A DNA stretch of 64,000 nucleotides, from assembly GCA_963605025.1 (NCBI GenBank), contig CAVCSZ010000004.1, forward strand, positions 5,847-69,846. The letters are read 5' to 3'. Below, piece by piece: positions 57,349 through 64,000 of this stretch (position 1 is the stretch's first letter; the number at the start of each line of letters is the position of its first letter). Under the pieces are notes generated by a model. The model was not told the origin of the DNA. It ran no database searches and saw only the letters and a program-made list of their open reading frames with translations. The position numbers and the translations under genes were made by a program. The DNA is from a bacterium (GTDB taxonomy: Bacteria > Bacillota_I > Bacilli_A > RFN20 > CAG-826).

Positions 57349-58233
57349 TTATTTTCTTATACCAAACATTCTTATTAAAAATGGAGTAGATTTCTTCATT
57401 TCTTTTTTATTATTAAATAAATTAAAAATATCATTTTTCATTTCTATCGCACTATGATATCTTAATTTTTTATCTTTATTAGTAGATTTAAAAATAATAT
57501 TTTCAACTTCTTTTGGTAAATTAGGCATAAATTTTAAAGGTGAACAAATATTTTCATTAACATGTAATAAAGCAACTTTTTGAGGATTATCGTCATCAAA
57601 AGGTAAATTTCCAGTTAATAATTCAAAAAAAGTAATGCCTAAAGCATAAATATCACTTTGTTCATCTGGAGTTTTTCCATGAATAACTTCAGGTGCTAAA
57701 TATTGAACAGTTCCAAGTACTGTACCATTATTATTAACATTATCCTTAGAATTTTTAACAATAGATATACCAAAATCAGTTAATTTTAAAACTCCATTAC
57801 TTCCATAAAAAGCATTTTGAGGTTTTATATCACAATGAATAATATTTTTTGAATGAATATAAATAACTGCATCTAAAAATTGCATCATTATTAATAAACT
57901 TTCATATAATGAAAAATATCTTTTAAAAGTTAATGCATCTTTTAAAGTTTGACCTTTTTGATATTCATTAACTATAAACATTCTTTCATCTACTTCTCCA
58001 ATATCAAAAATTTTAACAATATTTATATGATCTAAACTAGCACTTATTCTTGCTTCATTTTCAAATCTTTTAATATTATTAGGGTCTTTACAAATTTCAG
58101 AATCTAAAACTTTAATAGCAACAGGTCTTCTAAAAATAATATCTTTAGCTTCAAAAACTTCACTACTTCCACCATGTCCAATAACTTCTTTAATTTTATA
58201 TCTATCTGATAATAAATCACCAATTTTAATCAT
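57349..58233 (-). CDS. Hanks-type Ser/Thr protein kinase, short soluble form (no TM/PASTA region)
   Basis: 294 aa. G-loop GHGGSSEV, VAIKVL lysine, catalytic loop HCDIKPQN (Cys in place of the RD arginine), DFGIS, APE. The ORF ends about 25 aa after the kinase domain. Confidence 0.88.
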   Translation of the reverse strand: MIKIGDLLSDRYKIKEVIGHGGSSEVFEAKDIIFRRPVAIKVLDSEICKDPNNIKRFENEARISASLDHINIVKIFDIGEVDERMFIVNEYQKGQTLKDALTFKRYFSLYESLLIMMQFLDAVIYIHSKNIIHCDIKPQNAFYGSNGVLKLTDFGISIVKNSKDNVNNNGTVLGTVQYLAPEVIHGKTPDEQSDIYALGITFFELLTGNLPFDDDNPQKVALLHVNENICSPLKFMPNLPKEVENIIFKSTNKDKKLRYHSAIEMKNDIFNLFNNKKEMKKSTPFLIRMFGIRK

Positions 58234-58978
58234 TAAAACTCTCCCATAAAATTAAAGAAATATTATCACTTCCTCCATTAAAATTAGCTAAATCACCTAA
58301 AGTCTTAACCTTTTCATTAGTAGAAGAATTAGTATTTAAATTAGCTTCTATATCTTTAAAATCAACATTATTATAAAGTCCATCACTGCAAAGTAAAATT
58401 GATTCTCCTTTATAATCATAAATTTTTATATCACAACTAAAAGAAGGATTCATTCCTACACAATTAGTTAAATAATGACGTTTAGGATGAGTAGCAACTT
58501 CCTCTTTTGTTATTAAACCTGAATTTAATAAATAATTTACATAAGTTTGATCTTCACTTAATTGTTTTAATTTATTATTTTCTTTAATATAACATCTACT
58601 ATCACCAACATTTAATAAAATCATTTTATTTTTAATAATAATAACAGCACATAAAGTAGTTCCAATTCCATGATATTCAGAGTTTAATGCTTGATAATCA
58701 AAAATAATTTTATTTACTTTTTTTCCTTCTTTTAAAAGCCATAAATAAGCATCAAAAGCAGTTAAAAATTTAGATTTTTTAGAAAAATCTTCTATTAAAG
58801 TACTTAAGCAAATTTTAGAAGCATATCCTCCATTTTTAACTCCGCCAATTCCATCACAAACTGCTAAAAAAACATCTCCATTAGAATTAATTAAGCCTTT
58901 AATTTCATCTTCGTTAGCTTTACGTACCTTTCCTATATCACAAAAGAAGGAAAAATTACCTTTAAATCTTTTTCTCAT
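58226..58978 (-). CDS. PP2C-family Ser/Thr phosphatase (Stp/PrpC-like)
   Basis: 250 aa. DIGKVRKANEDE, VCDGIGG, GTTL, GDSR and SDGL...DN(I)S metal-binding motifs of PPM phosphatases. Confidence 0.85.
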   Translation of the reverse strand: MRKRFKGNFSFFCDIGKVRKANEDEIKGLINSNGDVFLAVCDGIGGVKNGGYASKICLSTLIEDFSKKSKFLTAFDAYLWLLKEGKKVNKIIFDYQALNSEYHGIGTTLCAVIIIKNKMILLNVGDSRCYIKENNKLKQLSEDQTYVNYLLNSGLITKEEVATHPKRHYLTNCVGMNPSFSCDIKIYDYKGESILLCSDGLYNNVDFKDIEANLNTNSSTNEKVKTLGDLANFNGGSDNISLILWESFND

Positions 58979-60002
58979 TTTTAGCTCTTAATTGTCCACA
59001 AGCAGCATCAATATCTGTTCCAAATTCTTTTCTAACTGTTGCAGTAACACCGTTTTTTGTTAATTCATCTAAAAAATCATGAACATTTTCACTTCTTTGA
59101 TATTTAAGTTCATTAATAGGATTATAAGGAATTAAATTAACATACGCTAAAGTACCTTTAATAAGTTTAGCAAGTTCTCTAGCATTTTCTCTAGAATCAT
59201 TAATATCTTTTAATAATATATATTCAAAAGTTACTCTTCTATCTGCAGTTTTTTCATAATATTTAACTGCATCCATTAATTCTTCCATTGAATATTTTAA
59301 AGAAATAGGCATAATTTTATTTCTAATTTTATCATTTGGAGCATGTAAAGAAATTGCTAAATTAATTTGTAATCCTTCGTTAGCGTATTTTCTAATACCT
59401 TCCACAAGTCCACAAGTAGAAACAGTTATATGTCTTGCGCCAATTGCAAATCCATAAGGATGATTTAAAATTCTTACAAAATCTAAAACATTATCGTAAT
59501 TATCAAAAGGTTCACCTGTTCCCATTACTACAACATGACTTACTCTTTCATTATTTCCTTCTTCTTTTAATAATTCATCAAGAATTAAAATTTGACCAAC
59601 CATTTCAGAAGTATTTAAATTTCTTTTTTTCTTTAAAAATCCAGACGCACAAAAAGCACATCCCATATTACAACCAACTTCACTAGAAACACATGCAACA
59701 TTTCCGTAATTATAACGCATTAAAACAGTTTCTACTAAACTATCATCACTCATTTTTAAAAGTAATTTAATAGTTCCATCTTTACTAATTTGTTTTTTAA
59801 AAATTTGAGGCTTTTCTAAACAAAACTCATTTTTTAATGTTTCTTGAAATTTTAAAGAAATATCACTCATTAAAGAAAAATCATCTACTCTTTTTTCATA
59901 AATCCATTTAAAAATTTGAGTAGCTCTATATTTCTTTTGAGAATATTCATTTACTAATAATTCTTCTAATTTTTCTATTTTATAATCATATAAATTAATC
60001 AT
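58962..60002 (-). CDS. rlmN: 23S rRNA/tRNA (adenine-C2)-methyltransferase RlmN (radical SAM)
   Basis: 346 aa. CVSSEVGCNMGCAFCASG radical-SAM cluster motif, MGTGEP, and the C-terminal DIDAACGQL with the conserved Cys. Confidence 0.93.
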   Translation of the reverse strand: MINLYDYKIEKLEELLVNEYSQKKYRATQIFKWIYEKRVDDFSLMSDISLKFQETLKNEFCLEKPQIFKKQISKDGTIKLLLKMSDDSLVETVLMRYNYGNVACVSSEVGCNMGCAFCASGFLKKKRNLNTSEMVGQILILDELLKEEGNNERVSHVVVMGTGEPFDNYDNVLDFVRILNHPYGFAIGARHITVSTCGLVEGIRKYANEGLQINLAISLHAPNDKIRNKIMPISLKYSMEELMDAVKYYEKTADRRVTFEYILLKDINDSRENARELAKLIKGTLAYVNLIPYNPINELKYQRSENVHDFLDELTKNGVTATVRKEFGTDIDAACGQLRAKNEKKI

Positions 60003-61255
60003 TATTTTCTCCTTATAATTAAATAATAAAATAATGAATCATCACTATTTATTGGTAAAACTATCTTTTCATCTACAATTTCAAATTCTTCTATATTTGA
60101 ATTCTTTAAAAAATATTCTTTAATTTCAAAAGTTTCTTTTTTATTAATTGTAGGTACAAAATAAATTAAATAACCTTCTTTTTTTAATAATTTAGATAAA
60201 TCTAAAATTTCTTCACGAATATTTTTAATAATATTATCTAATGAATTTGAGTCAAAATAAATTCCATATTCAGGATTTCTTCTAAAAAGATCAATATTTG
60301 AAGAATTTGGTACATACATAATTAAATCTTCTAATTCATTTGAATAAACTTTAATACCATTAGAATTTAATTCATAAAAATGAAAATTTGATTTATTAAA
60401 GTGTTTAATTTTATCAAATAATAAATAATTACTTTTTAATGAAGGACTAACGAAATTAAATTCATGATATTCATTATAAAATTTTTTAATTAAATCAATA
60501 ACTACTAAATCATTTGAGGAAGAATAATAAGTTATTTTACTAGATGGATATAAATCTACTTTTGAAAAAATATCTTTAATATATTTTTGAGTTAAATATA
60601 ATTTATTTTCAAAAACTAATTTCTCTTTTTTACAAGTTTTTTTCTCATTATAACGATATAAATCATTATTAATTAATGTAAAATTAGTTAAATCATCGGT
60701 ATTTTTAATTACCTCTTCAAAATTAACACTTAAATATTGTTCAGGCATTGAAGATAATTTTTTTAATATTTCAAATCCATCTTTATTACCATATTGACGT
60801 TTAATCATCTTAATAATCCATAAAGGAAGATTTAAAATAATAGAATAAAATTCTAAAGAATTCTTTTTAATATTTTTAAATTCATATTTTCTTCTTAATG
60901 AAATTAATTTATTTAAAGATTCTAATAATTCTTCTTCATTAATATTTTTATAATTTTTAATTTCATTTTTTAATAAATCAATTAAAGATTCATCTTTTAT
61001 AATATGTTTAAAAGAATTATTAGAAAAAATAATTCCAATTAAAATGCCAAGATTAGAATCACTTTTAATATCAAATTCATTTAAAAATTCATTAATTAAA
61101 AAATAATTTCTAAAATAAATTCCTGCTAAAGAAGAAACATTTGATTTTTGATATTTATCTAAAAATTTAGAATTATTTTTTAAAGAATCTTTAAAATTAT
61201 ATTTCTTAGATAAAACATCCTTAATAACGTTAATAACAATATCTATTAATTCCAT
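60002..61255 (-). CDS. RsmB/Sun-like protein with degenerate methyltransferase motifs
   Basis: 417 aa at the rsmB position of the conserved priA...rsmB-rlmN-prpC-prkC-rpe string. Collinear blocks remain (LFRRNPE, LKKEGYLIYFVPT), but the CAAPGGK SAM loop is ITYYSSSNDLVV, DAPCSG is YVPNSSN, and YSTC is YFVPT. Confidence 0.55.
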   Translation of the reverse strand: MELIDIVINVIKDVLSKKYNFKDSLKNNSKFLDKYQKSNVSSLAGIYFRNYFLINEFLNEFDIKSDSNLGILIGIIFSNNSFKHIIKDESLIDLLKNEIKNYKNINEEELLESLNKLISLRRKYEFKNIKKNSLEFYSIILNLPLWIIKMIKRQYGNKDGFEILKKLSSMPEQYLSVNFEEVIKNTDDLTNFTLINNDLYRYNEKKTCKKEKLVFENKLYLTQKYIKDIFSKVDLYPSSKITYYSSSNDLVVIDLIKKFYNEYHEFNFVSPSLKSNYLLFDKIKHFNKSNFHFYELNSNGIKVYSNELEDLIMYVPNSSNIDLFRRNPEYGIYFDSNSLDNIIKNIREEILDLSKLLKKEGYLIYFVPTINKKETFEIKEYFLKNSNIEEFEIVDEKIVLPINSDDSLFYYLIIRRK

Positions 61256-61257
61256 AT

Positions 61258-61743
61258 TTACTTATTAAATTTAGATTCAAAATCTTCAAAAGCATTTCCT
61301 AAATAAACTCTTTCTGAATCATTATCTTCATGATGACAATTTTCATCATCACATTCGTGTTCAATATTTTCTTCTTCTTGAATAAATACTTGATTTGCTT
61401 CATCAATATATCTAGGATAGTCATTATTAATTTCTACATAATGAGAATGATAATGATAATATTTAAAATTAATTTCATATTGTAATGAAATTTTATTCAT
61501 ATATAGTTTTAAAAGTTCTACAAATTTCTTTTCAAAAATTTCTAATTCTCCAGGCATTTCAATACTAATTAAAGCATACCAATCATTTTGTTCTACGCCT
61601 TTGTATACTAATAAACCTTCATTAGCAATAAATAAAATGTCTTCTTTATTTACTTCACATAATTCTGCTATTTTTTCTGTTAAATCTTGTGATAAACCTC
61701 TTAATAAATATGGGTCTACTCCGTTAAATGTAATATTAATCAT
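61258..61743 (-). CDS. hypothetical protein with His/Cys/acid-rich C-terminal tail (possibly DUF1904-like)
   Basis: 161 aa. A compact alpha/beta-looking N-terminal 100 aa, then YYHYHSHY and EHECDDENCHHEDND segments. The family guess is weak. Confidence 0.4.
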   Translation of the reverse strand: MINITFNGVDPYLLRGLSQDLTEKIAELCEVNKEDILFIANEGLLVYKGVEQNDWYALISIEMPGELEIFEKKFVELLKLYMNKISLQYEINFKYYHYHSHYVEINNDYPRYIDEANQVFIQEEENIEHECDDENCHHEDNDSERVYLGNAFEDFESKFNK

Positions 61744-61794
61744 AATAAATTCCTTTTTAAATATTTTAAATTAAAATATAGTAATTTTCTACAT

Positions 61795-63960
61795 TTATAA
61801 ATCATATGGAGAAAAATTAATTGATATTTTAATTTCTTTTCTAGAATCAAATTTATTTAATAAATAAATTAAATCTTCTTTTATTTGTTTTATATCTTTT
61901 ACTTTTATATAAATAGAGTTTTTATATCCATTTTTATATTTAAATATTGAAGAAGGACCTTCAATAATTGAAGATTTAAATATATCTTCAAATCTATCTT
62001 TAAAAAATGTTGAATAATATTTAACTTTTTTAATATCAATTGATTCAAATCTTACTTCAATTAAATTAATAAAAGGTGGATAAAGATATTTTTTTCTTCT
62101 TTTTATTTCGCTATTATAAAATTCTTCATAATTATTATTTATTGCAAATTTAATAATTTCATTATTTATATCATTAGTTTGAATTAAACCTTCTCCAATA
62201 TTTTTTCTTCCTGTTCTTCCTAAAGTTTGCAATACAATATCAAAAGTTTCTTCATTAGCTTTATAAGTAGGTAAATTTAATAAATTATCTATATTTATAA
62301 TTGATACTAAATCACATTCTTTAAAATCATGTCCTTTTGATATTATTTGAGTGCCTATTAAACAATTAGATTCTTTATTATTAAATTTATTTAATACATC
62401 TTCAATTTCATTTAAAGAAGTAGTTTCATCACTATTTAATAATAAATATTTAGTATTTTTAAATATTCTTTTAAACTCTTCTTCTACTTTTTGAATTCCT
62501 ATTCCGTAATGTATAAATTCATTATTTCCACATCTAGGACATTTATCTAATTTAATTTTATAATTACAATGATGACAATGTAATGAATTATCATTTTGAT
62601 GATATTTTAAATTTAAATTACAAGTAGGACATTTAAAACTAAAACCACATTCTTTACAATAAGTTAAAGAAGAATATCCTCTATTATTTACTAAAATAAT
62701 TACTTGTTTATCTTTATTAATTATATCAGTTATTTTATTAATTAAAGTATTAGAAAATATCTTAGAAACTTTAAATTCATTCTCATTTTTTAAATCAATT
62801 AAATCTACATTTGTTTTATAATTATTAAAATATTTAGTATTCAATTCTATTAAATCATAGAAATTATTTTTAGCTTTATATAAAGTTTCTATCGATGGAG
62901 TTGCACTACCTAAAACAATTTTAATATTAGAATCCATTTTTAATCTTAAAAGTGCAATTTCTTTAGCGTTATAACATAAATTTTCTTCTTGTTTATAACT
63001 TGAATCATGCTCTTCATCTATAATTATTAAACCTAAATTGTTAATAGGTGCAAAAATAGCACTTCTAGTACCAATTACTATTCTAACTTTATTATTAATT
63101 ATTTTTCTAAATTCATCATACCTTTCAGAAGGTTTTAAAGAAGAATGTAAAACTGCTATATCAAGATCAAAATAAGATAATATTCTAGAAATCATTAAAG
63201 GAGTAAGTGCTACTTCAGGAACAAGTAAAATAACATTTTTACCTTCATTAATAACTTTTTCTATTAATTTAATATAGATTTCAGTTTTTCCACTTCCTGT
63301 AACTCCTTTAAGTAAAGATACTTTTTTATTAGAATTAATAATTTTTAAGAAAGCTTCATTTTGAGAATCACTTAAAACAATTTCTTTTTCGTAATTAAAT
63401 TTTTTAGAAAAATTATAACGATAAGCTTCTTCTTGTTTTAAAGAAATAATATTATTTTTAATTAAATTATCTAAAGTTTTTGTTTTAGATATTTTACTTT
63501 TTAAAACATAATTAGAATTAGAAAATTTATTTAATAAATCAATTTCATGTTTATTATTACCTTTATAATTTTTATCATTTAAATAATAAAAATAATTATA
63601 TTTAATTTTAGGTGCATTTAAATACGATGAAGAAGGTTTTAAACTTTTAGGTAAAAATGTATTTAAAACTCCAATCAAAGGATAATAATAGAAATTAGAA
63701 ATTAATTCTGCAAAATCTAAATAATTTTTATTTAATAAAGGTTTTTCATCAATAACTTTTGTAATTTCTTTTATTTCAAAAGAATAATCATCTAATTTTT
63801 CTTTTTCTTCTACTTTTAAAATAAAACCTATAATATTTCTAAAATTAAAGTTTATTTCTACTCTTGAACCAATTTCAACTTTATTTTTAGAATAATATAA
63901 AAAATATTTGTTCATTGATTGAACATTATATTCAGTATAAACATATAGTAAATAAATCAT
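61795..63960 (-). CDS. priA: primosomal protein N' (replication restart helicase PriA)
   Basis: 721 aa. Walker A GVTGSGKTE, DEEHD box, and a Cys-rich zinc-binding insert (CKECG...CPTC...CHHC...CPRCG). The ATG at 63960 overlaps the upstream gene's TAA (TAATG). Confidence 0.92.
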   Translation of the reverse strand: MIYLLYVYTEYNVQSMNKYFLYYSKNKVEIGSRVEINFNFRNIIGFILKVEEKEKLDDYSFEIKEITKVIDEKPLLNKNYLDFAELISNFYYYPLIGVLNTFLPKSLKPSSSYLNAPKIKYNYFYYLNDKNYKGNNKHEIDLLNKFSNSNYVLKSKISKTKTLDNLIKNNIISLKQEEAYRYNFSKKFNYEKEIVLSDSQNEAFLKIINSNKKVSLLKGVTGSGKTEIYIKLIEKVINEGKNVILLVPEVALTPLMISRILSYFDLDIAVLHSSLKPSERYDEFRKIINNKVRIVIGTRSAIFAPINNLGLIIIDEEHDSSYKQEENLCYNAKEIALLRLKMDSNIKIVLGSATPSIETLYKAKNNFYDLIELNTKYFNNYKTNVDLIDLKNENEFKVSKIFSNTLINKITDIINKDKQVIILVNNRGYSSLTYCKECGFSFKCPTCNLNLKYHQNDNSLHCHHCNYKIKLDKCPRCGNNEFIHYGIGIQKVEEEFKRIFKNTKYLLLNSDETTSLNEIEDVLNKFNNKESNCLIGTQIISKGHDFKECDLVSIINIDNLLNLPTYKANEETFDIVLQTLGRTGRKNIGEGLIQTNDINNEIIKFAINNNYEEFYNSEIKRRKKYLYPPFINLIEVRFESIDIKKVKYYSTFFKDRFEDIFKSSIIEGPSSIFKYKNGYKNSIYIKVKDIKQIKEDLIYLLNKFDSRKEIKISINFSPYDL

Positions 63961-64000
63961 TATTTTAAACGCTCTTTAATAATTTCAATTATTTTATTAG
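63960..64000 (-). CDS. 3' end of an unidentified upstream gene (partial)
   Basis: An open frame runs into the window edge and ends ...NKIIEIIKERLK-TAA. The stop shares one base with the priA ATG. Too short to identify. Confidence 0.3.
   Translation of the reverse strand, partial: NKIIEIIKERLK

Noticed and set aside
59435-59686. 83-aa plus-strand ORF
   Set aside because: Antisense shadow ORF inside rlmN.

Overview
This is a 64-kb window of a very AT-rich chromosome, roughly a quarter GC by eye (not computed), and it looks Bacillota/Mycoplasmatota-like. The standard genetic code applies: conserved Trp positions use TGG, TGA acts as a stop at two ATGA gene junctions, and TAA is the stop almost everywhere else. 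Coding is dense, with about 60 CDS, mostly on the minus strand and often joined by 1-nt TAATG or 4-nt ATGA start/stop overlaps.

Most of the content is housekeeping:
- Translation and RNA modification: typA, tyrS, leuS, rpmB, rimO, trmB, rlmN.
- Replication and repair: priA, xth, rdgB.
- Glycogen metabolism: malQ, glgC, glgD, glgA.
- Peptidases: pepP, pepV, an M18 aminopeptidase and a proline iminopeptidase-like hydrolase.
- Cofactor, lipid and other metabolism: fhs, coaX, cls, glpQ, rpe, apt, trxA.
- A MacB/FtsX-type ABC exporter, two CNNM/CBS proteins, an MFS transporter, and the PrpC/PrkC phosphatase-kinase pair.

I folded four tRNAs by hand: Thr-GGU, Gly-UCC, Asp-GUC and Phe-GAA. I also found a T-box leader upstream of leuS and two perfect tandem cre (CcpA) boxes. 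I saw no rRNA, CRISPR array, transposase or integrase.

The most unusual locus is a translationally coupled three-gene SMC-like module at 50102-55558. It resembles JetA/JetB/JetC or MksF/MksE/MksB but has no JetD/MksG nuclease gene, and it sits between rpmB and glgCDA.

Other items worth a second look:
- An orphan OmpR-type response regulator whose phospho-acceptor Asp is replaced by Glu.
- A membrane-anchored XRE regulator with three zinc-ribbon repeats.
- An RsmB-like protein that has lost its catalytic cysteines and SAM-binding motif.
- A soluble non-RD Hanks kinase.
- Two small ORFs absent from the supplied ORF track, diverging from the cre boxes.

All functional calls come from reading motifs by eye. 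No database search was run.
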